A stretch of 64,000 nt of DNA from an uncultured Clostridia bacterium (GCA_964577435.1 CAZNZD010000002.1:27642-91641), one strand, 5' to 3'; shown: positions 1-9,737, counted from the stretch's first letter. Translations and numbers: made by a program. Notes: generated by a model not told the origin, from the letters alone.

Positions 1-994
1 CGAAGATCACGCCGGCGTTGATGTTTATAAGAGATGCCGCAAAGCCGACAGCCGCATTTATGGCATACAGCCAAATGAGATGGGGAAGGAGTACCCATGA
101 GGCAAGGAAGCCGCCCATGACGACTGCACCGGCCGTAATCAGGCGCGAGCGCCTCCTCGGGTTCTTGATCACGCCCATCAGAAGCGAGCCTGCTATGCCC
201 CCGACGCTTATCGCCGTCATGGATAAGCCAAGCTCCCCTGAGCCAGCCCCCAGCCTTGCCTTGATGAGGTATGGAAGCGTGAGAGAGCCGAAGTGGGAGA
301 CAGAGAAGTTCATCATCGCGAAAACGAGCAGGATCCCCATTATCGTAGGCATCCCGAGGGCGAAGCGCATCGCCTCGGCCATCTCCGCGAAATGGCCCCT
401 CTTGGAGTCATGAGCAGCCTGCTTATACCGTATGAACATCTCGGAGAGGGCAGACAGCGCGAATGAGATCGCGTTTATCAGGAACACAGCCGAATAGCCG
501 ACGGCCGCGACAAGCGCGCCGCCCAAGGCAGGGCCGATTATCCCGACCAGGCCCATCATGGTCTGCAGCGCGCCCTGCGCATTCTGAAGCTTGTCCATGC
601 CGACCAGTCCTGGTATCATCGCGCTCACTGCGGGGCTGAACAATGACGAGCACGCGCTCACTAGCACGCTTGAGGCCACAAGATGCCAGGTCTCAAGCTT
701 GCCGGCAAACGACAGGATCGCGACTACCGCGATGACAGCGCCTCTTGCATAGTCCATCATGTAGACTATCTTGCGCCTGTCCCACCTGTCGGCCAGCACC
801 CCCATATAGGGCGAAAGGAGGATGGAGGGGATCATGGATGCAAGGGACAGGAGGCCCGTGGTAGATGGCGAACCCGTCACGTTGTATATCCACCATATGA
901 GCGCCACCCTATGGATGCCGTCTCCGATGGCTGAGACGAACTGCCCTATCGAAAGGAGGGCGAAATCCCTATTGATTAGGGGGTTGACCGCCAT
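1..994 (-). CDS. MFS transporter, truncated by the window edge so the C-terminus is missing. The N-terminus reads MAVNPLINRDFALLSIGQFVSAIGDG...
   Basis: I translated the minus strand by hand from ATG at 994-992, which follows AGGAGGA. The product is a long hydrophobic reading frame with MFS-type TM1 and loop motifs (GxLaDRxdRRK). It is absent from the ORF track because it runs off the window. Confidence 0.6.
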   Translation of the reverse strand, partial: MAVNPLINRDFALLSIGQFVSAIGDGIHRVALIWWIYNVTGSPSTTGLLSLASMIPSILLSPYMGVLADRWDRRKIVYMMDYARGAVIAVVAILSFAGKLETWHLVASSVLVSACSSLFSPAVSAMIPGLVGMDKLQNAQGALQTMMGLVGIIGPALGGALVAAVGYSAVFLINAISFALSALSEMFIRYKQAAHDSKRGHFAEMAEAMRFALGMPTIMGILLVFAMMNFSVSHFGSLTLPYLIKARLGAGSGELGLSMTAISVGGIAGSLLMGVIKNPRRRSRLITAGAVVMGGFLASWVLLPHLIWLYAINAAVGFAASLININAGVIF

Positions 995-1016
995 GGCTAT
1001 CCTCCTTCGCGGGTTT

Positions 1017-1817
1017 TTACAGCCTTATCAGGCTTCGCTTCCTTCCGGCAAACGTCGCCGCCCAGGCGAAACCCGCCGACTTCGCGTATTCGGTCAGGTC
1101 GCCGAAACCATAGCCCACATGCTCCGGGAAATGCGCATCCGAAGCGAGGCTGATATGGCATCCGGCATCGAAGGCGGCTTTAAGAAGCCCTCTGCTCGGA
1201 TAGTATTCGCCTACAGGCTTCCTCAACCCTGCCGAGGAGACCTCAAGGCACGTGTCCGATGCCGAAGCTGCCTCTGCAAGAGCCCTATGCCATCCCTGAA
1301 GCTCATCATCGAAGCCCGGGCCCGGCCTAATGCCGAACACCTTGATGACGTCAGGGTGGCCGAAGATGTCGAACATCCCTGTGGATACTGCCTTTATCGC
1401 GGTTTTGAAGTACGACCTCCAGACGTCCTCGACGGACATGCCCTCCCACGCCTCGGACTTCCAGTCGAACACCCACCCCTCGAGCCAGTGCACGGAACCT
1501 ATGCAGTAGTCGAACGGGTTTGAATCAAGGTATGCCCGAAGCTCTTTCTCAGTCTCGGGTATGTAGTCGGCCTCGACGCCGGCCTTTGCGCCGGACGCCT
1601 TCACCGCTTCGATGTATTTACCGGTCGGCCAGCCTAGAAGGGGGATTCCCTCCGGCATCGGCCTTCCTAGAAGCGCCGGCCCCATGTCAAGGTTGTGCAG
1701 ATGCTCGGATATTCCGTAGTCGCTAAGGCCGGCCCGCCTTGCCGCCTCGGCGTAAAGCCCAAGGTAGGAGGGCTCAGGCGAACCGTTCTCTATGTGCATA
1801 TGGTAGTCCGCAGCCAA
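1017..1817 (-). CDS. PHP-domain phosphoesterase, histidinol-phosphatase HisJ/HisK-like
   Basis: 266-aa ORF starting MAADYHMHIENGS. It carries the HxH, SEH, GSVHW and SDAH metal-ligand motifs typical of the PHP family. Confidence 0.7.
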   Translation of the reverse strand: MAADYHMHIENGSPEPSYLGLYAEAARRAGLSDYGISEHLHNLDMGPALLGRPMPEGIPLLGWPTGKYIEAVKASGAKAGVEADYIPETEKELRAYLDSNPFDYCIGSVHWLEGWVFDWKSEAWEGMSVEDVWRSYFKTAIKAVSTGMFDIFGHPDVIKVFGIRPGPGFDDELQGWHRALAEAASASDTCLEVSSAGLRKPVGEYYPSRGLLKAAFDAGCHISLASDAHFPEHVGYGFGDLTEYAKSAGFAWAATFAGRKRSLIRL

Positions 1818-2043
1818 AACAATGCCCCCGATCGGAGTAGAATCGCCGCCAGGCTTCGTTTCTTATATTATGATTAAGATATCATAGCTTGAGGGGCTAT
1901 GCCTCCCCGGCTCCATGCATTTTCCGAGAGATAGTTTACAGGGCATCTTCCTTGGAAGCTCGCCAGGCGAGTTTGCCCATAAACCTGTTCAGAGGAATTG
2001 GGATGGTCAATCATTAGCAAGTGTGATTGCAGGAAGGAAGGCA

Positions 2044-3225
2044 ATGCATAGAGTGACAAAGGCGAAAGAGGCGACAAGGAAAGTGGCCTTCCTGCTGTTT
2101 ATGGCCGTAATAGCTACAGTATTCACATTCGCTGGCAACCGCATGGTATCGGTAAGGGAAGAGCGCGCCTCGGACATAGACTTCGTGTCAGCAAGGGTGC
2201 TGTCCGTCGAGAAGGTAACAGACAATTCCCCGCTCGATGTATTCAGCCCTACTCCGGACGCAAGCAAGAGGGTCTATTTCACGGCCAGGTTCAGTGCGGG
2301 GGACATGTTGGGGACGCAGTTTAACGGGACCCAGGACATAGACTATGTGCTAGCCAACCCTCCTAGGCAGGTTAAACCGGGGGATAAGATCGTCGTGACC
2401 TTCTTCATGGGCGCAGACAGCGAGGAATACGGCTGGATTTACGTTGAGCACGACAGGAGCCTGGCCCTCATTGCGCTTGTCGGGCTTTTCTTCCTTCTCA
2501 TCATTGCGATCGGAAGGATGAAAGGGGCTGCGACCATACTTGCGCTTGCTTCCTCCGCCGCCGCGATATTCCTGGTCTACCTGCCTGCGATACTAAACGG
2601 CAGGAACATATATGCCGCTACTGTCTCGATCTCGGCGTATGTGATATTCATCAGCCTGGTTACGATAAACGGGTTCAACAGAAAAACTTTGTGCGCAATT
2701 CTGGGAAACGCGGGCGGTGTCGCAGTGGCGGCGCTTCTTGCCCTTGCGATTAACAAGGCCCTCGGCATAACCGGCTTCGTCAACGAGGACTTCACCATGC
2801 TCATCTACTTGGACAGGGCGACTCCCCTGGACCTCAGGGCGCTCGTCTGGGCCGGCATAGTCATAGGCTCGCTGGGTGCGGTGATGGACGTGGCCATGAC
2901 CATAGCATCCTCTATGAACGAACTTTCCGAGCACATGGCGGAGAAGAGCTTCAGGCGGCTTCTGGCATCCGGCATGAACATCGGACGGGACGCGATAGGC
3001 ACGATGACAAATACACTGATACTTGCCTACATCGGCAGCGCCCTGGCCATGGTTCTGCTTCTTGCCGAATATAATAAGAACCTGCTGTTCCTGTTCAATA
3101 TGGAGATGATAACAGTTGAGGTGGTGCAGGCTGTCGTAGGCACCATGGGCATACTATTCGCAGTGCCGTCCACCGCCGTTTTTGCAGCTTACATCTACAA
3201 CAGGAGAAAGCAGGAAGGACCGTAG
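2044..3225 (+). CDS. YibE/F-family integral membrane protein
   Basis: ORF track 1915..3225. The likely start is ATG 2044 after GGAAGG. It has an N-terminal TM helix, a soluble region and then a multi-TM core typical of YibE/F. Confidence 0.6.
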   Translation: MHRVTKAKEATRKVAFLLFMAVIATVFTFAGNRMVSVREERASDIDFVSARVLSVEKVTDNSPLDVFSPTPDASKRVYFTARFSAGDMLGTQFNGTQDIDYVLANPPRQVKPGDKIVVTFFMGADSEEYGWIYVEHDRSLALIALVGLFFLLIIAIGRMKGAATILALASSAAAIFLVYLPAILNGRNIYAATVSISAYVIFISLVTINGFNRKTLCAILGNAGGVAVAALLALAINKALGITGFVNEDFTMLIYLDRATPLDLRALVWAGIVIGSLGAVMDVAMTIASSMNELSEHMAEKSFRRLLASGMNIGRDAIGTMTNTLILAYIGSALAMVLLLAEYNKNLLFLFNMEMITVEVVQAVVGTMGILFAVPSTAVFAAYIYNRRKQEGP

Positions 3226-3298
3226 TGCGCCCTTGCTAAGGATTAATGACAAACTGGGCGGCTTCAGGATGACGCCCGGACCTAAGGGGGAGACATAG

Positions 3299-4414
3299 AT
3301 GAGACGCATTTCAGCGATACTGGTAGCCGTGCTGCTTGCTGTCGCCGTGCCTGCACTTCATGCATCGGCAGAACCGGCGGCAAAGCCCGACAGCCTCAGC
3401 CGTTCCCTTCTCGGGTTCTTCACCGAGATGGAGCAGATGAGCGCGCCTGGCTGGCTTGTACCCGGCCTGAGGGTAGTGTACAAGGTAAGAAACGAGGACT
3501 ACGCCGACCCCGAGAACAGCAGCGAAGGCTACCTGATATATGATGTGGTCGACGTCAAGGGAAGCTACATCGCAAGCACGATGGGCACATCGCACGATAC
3601 GGACGGTAAACCTACGGGGCTGATGTTCGGAAGCGTGCTGATGGACGTTCCGACCGTAGGCAGGTTCTGGATAACGCCGGAGCTCTTCGACGAGACAAAG
3701 GTGGCGAAGGACAAGTACGCCCTTTTCTACAACACCAAGATAAAGGTCCAGGGGCAGGAGTACGACGCCATGTTCATAGCCTTCGAATCGCAGACGGCAA
3801 GCAGGACGGCGGCCTATGACAAGGAGTCCGGGCTGTTGCTTGCCATAGAGATGAGCGTGACCGATTCGGAGGGCAAGCCCAAGGAGGGGTCTACCATAGA
3901 GTTCCTGGGAACTAGGCTTTCGTTCCCCGCATGGTACGAGGAAAACCTTACAGGGTTGTCGACCGGCACCACTCTCAGCTACAAGGCCGTTTACAAGATG
4001 AGCGGCAGCACAGAGGAGCAGGGCATGGTCCTTAAGGTCATCGAGAACAACGGGACATGGGCGCTCATTGAAAGGACGAGCCTCAGCTCCAAAGGAGAGC
4101 TTTCGTCATTCCAGCTGCTGTCATCCTCGGCAAGCGGGGATGTGTATGTGCTGTGGCTTCCAGTTAAGCTGCTGGGCGAGATGAAAGAGGGAGATACTGC
4201 ATTCGAGGAGGATTTGACGGGTTCCTCGGTGAAAGTAATGGGCATAGCTGAAGACCCTGATTTCGGCGCCGTCAGGAAGCTCCTTTTCATCGACAACGCC
4301 GTGCACACTGAGTGCGCGTTCAGCTTGAAGACGGGCTATATGGTGAGGATGCATCAGCTGCCGATAGCGAAGGGGATTCCGGAAGTGGAGTTCACCCTCT
4401 CTTCGGTCAAGTAA
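3299..4414 (+). CDS. Secreted hypothetical protein, paralog A of a three-member family
   Basis: Signal peptide MRRISAILVAVLLAVAVPALHASA. It shares the motifs GRFWITPELFDE, VLWLP and HQLP with the next ORF. Confidence 0.6.
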   Translation: MRRISAILVAVLLAVAVPALHASAEPAAKPDSLSRSLLGFFTEMEQMSAPGWLVPGLRVVYKVRNEDYADPENSSEGYLIYDVVDVKGSYIASTMGTSHDTDGKPTGLMFGSVLMDVPTVGRFWITPELFDETKVAKDKYALFYNTKIKVQGQEYDAMFIAFESQTASRTAAYDKESGLLLAIEMSVTDSEGKPKEGSTIEFLGTRLSFPAWYEENLTGLSTGTTLSYKAVYKMSGSTEEQGMVLKVIENNGTWALIERTSLSSKGELSSFQLLSSSASGDVYVLWLPVKLLGEMKEGDTAFEEDLTGSSVKVMGIAEDPDFGAVRKLLFIDNAVHTECAFSLKTGYMVRMHQLPIAKGIPEVEFTLSSVK

Positions 4415-4457
4415 GGATTTCCATGCCTGCCAAGGCAGGCGGATTTGGGGGTATCTC

Positions 4458-5591
4458 ATGAGGAACAGAGCAATTGTAGCGATACTGATAACAGCTGCGG
4501 TGATGATGTCATCCGCCTTCTCGGCGGCGGCCGCGCCGCCGCCCGAACCGATCCCGGGAACGCATACGGCGCTTGTGCTCGAGCAGCTGCCCGAACTGGC
4601 GGGCTACTCAATCGAACCGTGGATAATGACGGGTTACAGGCTCCTGTATAACGTCTATGTATACGACAAGGAAGACAATGTTACCAATGAGCAGCTCATT
4701 GTGATGGATACGATCGGCATAGGGGAAAGCTACCTTCTTACCCAGGTATACTCCGCGGAGCTCGATGAAGAGGGCAACATGGCCTCGTTCGAGCATACCG
4801 GATACAGAATCGACCATGCAGGGATAGGGGAGTTCTGGATCAGCCTGGAGCCCTTCGCCGACGAGAACTCCTCAGTAGTGAAATCCGGGCTGTTCACCCT
4901 CGAGAAGTATGATTGGAAGGGCGAGCCCGAGGACGCCTGGTATACATACCTGACCGACGAGGAGGGTAACACGGATTACGAGTACTACTACAGCAGCCTT
5001 GACGGGCTTCTTCTGAGCCTCGACGTGTATGAATACGACGAAGAGGACAACTACGCGGGCGGAGTCGCCTACAAGTTTGACGCATATTACTCATACGAGG
5101 CTCCATGGCTGGACTTCGGGCTCATGGAGATGCCCGAGGGGCTGGTTATGGACTACGACTTGCTGGTGAAGTTCCCGGACAGAGAAGAAGCGAAGGGCGT
5201 CATGACCTTCACCGTCGAGGAGAACCACTACTCCTGGGCATACGTGACGCAGGAGCTCGTCTCCGAGGACCTCGGAAACAGCACGGGCGCCAAGGTGATG
5301 TCTGAGATGTGCACGGACGGGCTTTTACTCTGGCTTCCCAGGGGCGTGATAAGAGAAGGCGACGAGGGCTCATCATACTTCGATGAGGCTGTGACAGGCT
5401 CCTACGTCTATGTAGGGGGGCTTTCCGAGGTAGAGGGGCTTGGGACTGCCAGGATGCTGTCCTTCGTCAATGGGTACTTCCAGGCAGATTCATACTTCAG
5501 CCAGGAGACTGGAGCACTGCTTAGGTATCATCAGCTCCCCAATGATACGCAGGACTTCGAGCTCATACTCACCCTCAAGGGCATAATGTAG
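4458..5591 (+). CDS. Secreted hypothetical protein, paralog B. It contains an acidic Tyr/Asp/Glu-rich insert.
   Basis: Signal peptide MRNRAIVAILITAAVMMSSAFSAAAA. Collinear motifs are GEFWISLEPFADE, LLWLP and RYHQLP. The insert reads YEYYYSS...YEYDEEDNY. Confidence 0.6.
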   Translation: MRNRAIVAILITAAVMMSSAFSAAAAPPPEPIPGTHTALVLEQLPELAGYSIEPWIMTGYRLLYNVYVYDKEDNVTNEQLIVMDTIGIGESYLLTQVYSAELDEEGNMASFEHTGYRIDHAGIGEFWISLEPFADENSSVVKSGLFTLEKYDWKGEPEDAWYTYLTDEEGNTDYEYYYSSLDGLLLSLDVYEYDEEDNYAGGVAYKFDAYYSYEAPWLDFGLMEMPEGLVMDYDLLVKFPDREEAKGVMTFTVEENHYSWAYVTQELVSEDLGNSTGAKVMSEMCTDGLLLWLPRGVIREGDEGSSYFDEAVTGSYVYVGGLSEVEGLGTARMLSFVNGYFQADSYFSQETGALLRYHQLPNDTQDFELILTLKGIM

Positions 5592-5611
5592 CATAACTGC
5601 CGGAAACGATT

Positions 5612-5644
5612 GAGAGGGCAGGCCGGTTGAAGGCCTGCCCTCTC
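5612..5644. terminator. Perfect 13-bp stem hairpin between convergent genes
   Basis: gagagggcaggcc-ggttgaa-ggcctgccctctc. There is no strong U-run on either side. Confidence 0.45.
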
Positions 5645-5658
5645 TCATGCAGCTTCTC

Positions 5659-5877
5659 TCATCTTGCCAGCAGCTCATCGACCTTCGCCTTGACGCGAAG
5701 CTCGGCCTGTCTGGCAGCTGTGCGGTCCTTTCTCAGCTCGAAGCCGATCACAGAGCCGGGGCCCGCGTTAGGAGGCAGGGAAGACTGCGGCCATTTAACC
5801 GAGAGCGTAGGGTCTTCCATGCTCACGAGGCTTGCCATCCCCTCATCTATCGAGTCCACCATGAACCTTAGCTTCAT
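5659..5877 (-). CDS. Small DUF3006-like protein
   Basis: 72-aa ORF with SD GGGGGAG. The pattern MVDSIDEGMASLV...LSVKWPQSSLPPNAGPGSV...RTAARQAELRVKAKVDELLAR resembles DUF3006 (IVDRiEgd.AVle...lP..akeGDvl....e.e.rr.ei..L...L). Confidence 0.45.
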   Translation of the reverse strand: MKLRFMVDSIDEGMASLVSMEDPTLSVKWPQSSLPPNAGPGSVIGFELRKDRTAARQAELRVKAKVDELLAR

Positions 5878-5892
5878 TGCCTCTTCTCCCCC

Positions 5893-7005
5893 TCAAGGAT
5901 TGCATATCTTGCAGGGACGCTTGCCTTTGCTTACGGCATCCTCCCTGCTGGCGTACGTGACAAGGTTCGCTTTAGCTATGGAAGCCACCGCTTCGCAGTC
6001 CGAGATGTGGAAGACGGAGGAGCTCAGGCTTCCTACGTAAGTGGGCTTGGCCGCTGCAGGCTTGGCTATGGATACCGGCAATGAAGCTGCCTGCCTGCCT
6101 GCCTTCTGGCCATTCTCGGCCGAAGCCCACCAGCTTCTGCCGTCGCTGCTCACAGTGATGCTTCCGTTCAGGTCGGTCCTCATGACCTGCACACCTGCGT
6201 CCGAGAGCCTTTTAAGCGTATCCTGCTGCGGATAGCCATAGTCGTTCCCTTTGCCGGCGAAGATGACACCCAGCTCAGCGGATGCGGCCCTTAAGAAGTC
6301 GGACGAGCTTGAGTGCCGGCTTCCATGATGCCCCACCTTAAGAAGCTCCACCGGTGTAATCTTACCGGACCTCAGCAGGGCAGATTCGGTATCTACGCCG
6401 CAGTCCGCCATGAACAGCGCGTCGAAGTCCCCGTACTTAAGGTAGAAGGCTGCCGATGCGTTGTTCAGGTCCTGCGGGATGTCCTTGCCCGGCCATATGA
6501 AGATGATGCTGACATTGGCCCCTAGCTTGAAGGAAGATCCTTCCCGAATAAGCATGAATTTGGCTTTCGAAGCCTTAACGGCATCAAGGTAGTACTCGTA
6601 AGATGACGTAGGGTGCACCCTGCCTATGTCGTAAGCGGTTCCTACATCATAACGGCGGTAGACCTCAGAGAGGCCTCCTACATGGTCAGAGTGAGGATGT
6701 GTGGCGATTACACAGTCGAGCCGGAGAAGCCCTGATGCGTCTATTGCCTCGATGACAGCCGATACGTTCCTGTACTCGCCCGCGTCGATTAGCATGTACT
6801 TCCCGTCCGGCGACTTGATGAGGGTGGAGTCGCCCTGACCGACGTCGATGAAGGTTATCTCAAGAAGCCCGTTCTCTCCCGATGCCATCAGTGTGCCGAA
6901 TGACACAGCAGCCAGAATCAGTATGCAAACCGCACACGCAGCTATCCTTCCGGACCGGTTCCTTCTTGCATAAGGCTTGCTAGTCAAGCGGCAACACCCT
7001 TTCAT
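5893..7005 (-). CDS. MBL-fold hydrolase, ComEC/Rec2 C-terminal type, with an N-terminal TM anchor and a C-terminal Ada-like zinc-ribbon tail
   Basis: Motifs ITFIDVGQGDS and ATHPHSDHVGG, plus KVGHHGS. The C-terminus reads FHISDCEAV...RPCKICNP, which resembles Ada_Zn_binding. Confidence 0.7.
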   Translation of the reverse strand: MKGCCRLTSKPYARRNRSGRIAACAVCILILAAVSFGTLMASGENGLLEITFIDVGQGDSTLIKSPDGKYMLIDAGEYRNVSAVIEAIDASGLLRLDCVIATHPHSDHVGGLSEVYRRYDVGTAYDIGRVHPTSSYEYYLDAVKASKAKFMLIREGSSFKLGANVSIIFIWPGKDIPQDLNNASAAFYLKYGDFDALFMADCGVDTESALLRSGKITPVELLKVGHHGSRHSSSSDFLRAASAELGVIFAGKGNDYGYPQQDTLKRLSDAGVQVMRTDLNGSITVSSDGRSWWASAENGQKAGRQAASLPVSIAKPAAAKPTYVGSLSSSVFHISDCEAVASIAKANLVTYASREDAVSKGKRPCKICNP

Positions 7006-7032
7006 GCCATCATTATACCAGTGGACAGGGCC

Positions 7033-7359
7033 TTACATGTCGTCAAGGAGGTCGCCGACCTTAAGCTCCAGCCGGGCATGCCTCTCTGAAGCAGGGCTCT
7101 GAGTAGATGCTGCGCCTAATATCACGGAGGTGCCAGCCTGCGAAGCCTGTCCCAGCGCAGCCTCTGGGATGAAGAAGCAAAGGCCATCCTCAGAGCACAG
7201 GGCTGCGATCCCCTCCTCGACCCTGTCGACTGTGAATACCTGTCCGGAAGGGGCTGCCGACGAGCTGACGCTTGTTCGCGGGATAAAGAAGGCTAAGCAC
7301 AGGAGGACGGCGAATAATGCAATGATAATCCGGTTGATGGCAAACACCTCCTCATCCAT
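7033..7359 (-). CDS. Membrane-anchored small protein, DUF3006-like
   Basis: TM helix, then QVFTVDRVEEGIAALCSEDG...FFIPEAAL, then RLELKVGDLLDD. This is the same architecture as the 5659..5877 product. Confidence 0.45.
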   Translation of the reverse strand: MDEEVFAINRIIIALFAVLLCLAFFIPRTSVSSSAAPSGQVFTVDRVEEGIAALCSEDGLCFFIPEAALGQASQAGTSVILGAASTQSPASERHARLELKVGDLLDDM

Positions 7360-7453
7360 GGTAATACGATGATAAGGTCTGGCAGCCTATCTGCGCATCA
7401 TGCCGATTTGTTATGAATGGGCGAGTATGTTAGATTATTCGTACCGGAGGATA

Positions 7454-8188
7454 ATGATGATCGACATTCATATACACATCTTGCAGGGCTTGGACGACGG
7501 CGCGATGGATATGCCTGAAGCCCTGATGATGCTGGCCAGGGCGCAGACCGCAGGCATCACGGACGTCATAGCGACGCCGCATTCATGGGCGGTGGACAAC
7601 AGCGCGATTATCGGTAAGGCAACCTCGGCGCTTAACGCCGAGGCATTATCGGCTGGGCTGTCTGTCCGCGTGCATGCAGGATGCGAGTTCAATGTCATGC
7701 GGGGCGAGGCGATAAGAAGGCTCGGCGGCAGGCTATCGGAGCTTACCCTTGCGGGAAGCAGGTATCTTCTGACCGAATTTTCCGGCACTGTGCCCGAGAG
7801 GACCTTTCTTTCAAGCATAGAGGAGATATCGGCGCTCGGGCTCGTTCCCGTCGTGGCACATCCGGAGCGGTATGCGCTCATGTGGGGCGACCTGACCGCG
7901 ATGAGGGCGGCAAAGGAGCTGGGGGCGCTTGGACAGGTATCCATGGGGGACCTGCTGGGAAGAAACGGTGCCCAGTCCATGGAGGCGGCCTTCGCTATGA
8001 TCTCGGAAGGGCTCTGTCAATTCTGCGCGACTGACGCACATACGCCGGACAAGCTTGAGCTGTACATGCAAGCATGCTCAGTGGTTGAGGGCCGCCTTGG
8101 CAAGGAGGCACGCCACAGGCTGTTCAGGGCAAACCCGGAGGTTGTTCTGGCAGACTTGGGGCCGGAGAGCATCTTAGCAGCCATCTGA
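7454..8188 (+). CDS. CpsB/YwqE-type PHP-family protein-tyrosine phosphatase
   Basis: MIDIHIHILQGLDDGA...TPH...HPERY are CpsB hallmarks. ORF track is 7400..8188. The likely start is 7454 or 7457 after GGAGGA. Confidence 0.7.
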   Translation: MMIDIHIHILQGLDDGAMDMPEALMMLARAQTAGITDVIATPHSWAVDNSAIIGKATSALNAEALSAGLSVRVHAGCEFNVMRGEAIRRLGGRLSELTLAGSRYLLTEFSGTVPERTFLSSIEEISALGLVPVVAHPERYALMWGDLTAMRAAKELGALGQVSMGDLLGRNGAQSMEAAFAMISEGLCQFCATDAHTPDKLELYMQACSVVEGRLGKEARHRLFRANPEVVLADLGPESILAAI

Positions 8189-8205
8189 CCAGTTCATCCC
8201 TCTGA

Positions 8206-9618
8206 TTGGAGGTGAGTGGATTGACAAGGCAAGGGCGGGACAGGATCCTCCTGGCTGTACTGGTGCTGGCAGCGGTAGTCGGCATGGCGGTGTCGTACGG
8301 TATTTCCAGGGACAGGGACTGGCGCAGATACGAGGAGACCTTCGATGCCAGGTCGGCCGAGCTGGCTGAGTCTCTTAGCAAAGAGCTGGAATCATATGCG
8401 TTGGCGATAACCTCCGTAAGAAGTTTCATCGAGGGCTCCGAGAAGGTGACAGATGCCGAGTTCGCCATATTCGCAGGAGCGCTTATCAGAAACAAGCCCG
8501 AGCTAATATCAATAGATTACATCTTAGCGATGAACTCAGGGCAAAGGCTCGTCTGGGAGCTTGCCAACGGCTTGTCCGTATCCGACCTGGACGAATCGGG
8601 CAGACTGAAGAAGGCCCCGCTGCGTCCAGGCTATATGGTCCTGGAGCTTGGCTTCCCGGAGGACGTAAGCGCCACCTTCAAAGGGCTCGACATCTCCGCT
8701 TTCCCGATAATCAAGGATGCACTGGAGGAAACAGCCTCATCAGGTGCCGAGGTCGCACTCTGCGACTTTGCCATCATTGATCCTAGCGGGGACAACAGCA
8801 GAGGATGCATAATCGCGGTTCCTGTGCAGCAAATCCAGGATAGATTGAAATCAGGCGAAAACGCGCCTCCAGAAGGCTTCCTCTTAGCAGCGCTCGATAC
8901 GGAAATGGTGCTGGCGAAGCTCGCAAGAAGCTCCGAAGAATCAGGGATGCTTGTCAAGGTGGAGAGCATGGATGGGGAAGAGGCGCACCTGATAATGGAT
9001 TTCGCAGGGGAGCCATTAAGGCGCAGGTGCCTCTTGCTGCCAGATTACCCTCGAAACGAGGTTACTGTGGAGAAGCTGGGGTTATCCCTTAAGGCAAGCT
9101 TCGCAGCCACTCCCATGTTCCAGAGAGACAACCTCAGCTATATGTACTTGGTGACTTTCCCGGTAGGCCTGCTTCTGACCGCAGTCGGTGTACTGGCGAT
9201 TCTTCTGGTCGGAAAAGAGAAGCTGCAGCTTGTGAACATGGTCGAACAAAGGGTGACGGAGCTTAGGAGCAGCGAGGCAAGATACAAGGAGATGTTCCTG
9301 AGCTCATACGACCCAATACTCCTTATTGACTCCCAAGGGTTGATCGAGATGGCAAACCCTGCGTGTGCTGCCCTTACCGGCAAGGCATCAGGAGGGCTCG
9401 CGGGGATGAGGTTCGAGGAGCTCCTTTCTCCTGAAGCGAAGCTTGCGGGAATCGACCTGGTCCAAAGGGTGACGGAGGGAACGGCGCTGCGGTTTGAACA
9501 CAGGGTGGTAAATGCCTCAGGCGGGATGACTGAAGTGGATGGCACCTATTCTTCCCTCCCTGAAGGCAAGATACAGGCGATCTGGCGCATCCTCCCTTCG
9601 GATAGAAGAGATCAATGA
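8206..9618 (+). CDS. Membrane sensor with a periplasmic CHASE-like domain and one cytoplasmic PAS domain but no output domain
   Basis: TM helix, then a roughly 280-aa extracytoplasmic region, then a second TM, then a PAS motif (LIDSQGLIEMANPACAALTG). The protein ends at RRDQ* just before the tRNA genes. It uses a TTG or GTG start; TTG 8221 after GGAGG is plausible. Confidence 0.6.
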   Translation: MEVSGLTRQGRDRILLAVLVLAAVVGMAVSYGISRDRDWRRYEETFDARSAELAESLSKELESYALAITSVRSFIEGSEKVTDAEFAIFAGALIRNKPELISIDYILAMNSGQRLVWELANGLSVSDLDESGRLKKAPLRPGYMVLELGFPEDVSATFKGLDISAFPIIKDALEETASSGAEVALCDFAIIDPSGDNSRGCIIAVPVQQIQDRLKSGENAPPEGFLLAALDTEMVLAKLARSSEESGMLVKVESMDGEEAHLIMDFAGEPLRRRCLLLPDYPRNEVTVEKLGLSLKASFAATPMFQRDNLSYMYLVTFPVGLLLTAVGVLAILLVGKEKLQLVNMVEQRVTELRSSEARYKEMFLSSYDPILLIDSQGLIEMANPACAALTGKASGGLAGMRFEELLSPEAKLAGIDLVQRVTEGTALRFEHRVVNASGGMTEVDGTYSSLPEGKIQAIWRILPSDRRDQ

Positions 9619-9661
9619 AAAAGCGGCCTCCAGGCAGAACCTTGGATGCCGCTTGATTGTC

Positions 9662-9737
9662 ATGGTGGGGCAAACAGGACTTGAACCTGTGACCCCCTAC
9701 ATGTGACGCAGGTGCTCTGCCAGCTGAGCTATTGCCC
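9662..9737 (-). tRNA. tRNA-Val (anticodon CAC), CCA encoded
   Basis: I folded it by hand. The acceptor stem is GGGGCAA/TTGCCCC, the D arm is GCTC-AGCTGGCA-GAGC, the anticodon loop is gtCACat, and the T arm is ACAGG-TTCAAGT-CCTGT. Confidence 0.85.

Noticed and set aside
18-1523. Plus-strand ORFs 18..413, 683..934 and 822..1523, and minus-strand ORFs 423..653 and 693..896
   Set aside because: They lie antisense or out of frame to the hand-translated MFS transporter (minus, 1-994) and to the PHP phosphatase (1017-1817). Their composition is low-complexity Arg/Pro-rich, typical of shadow ORFs in GC-rich DNA.
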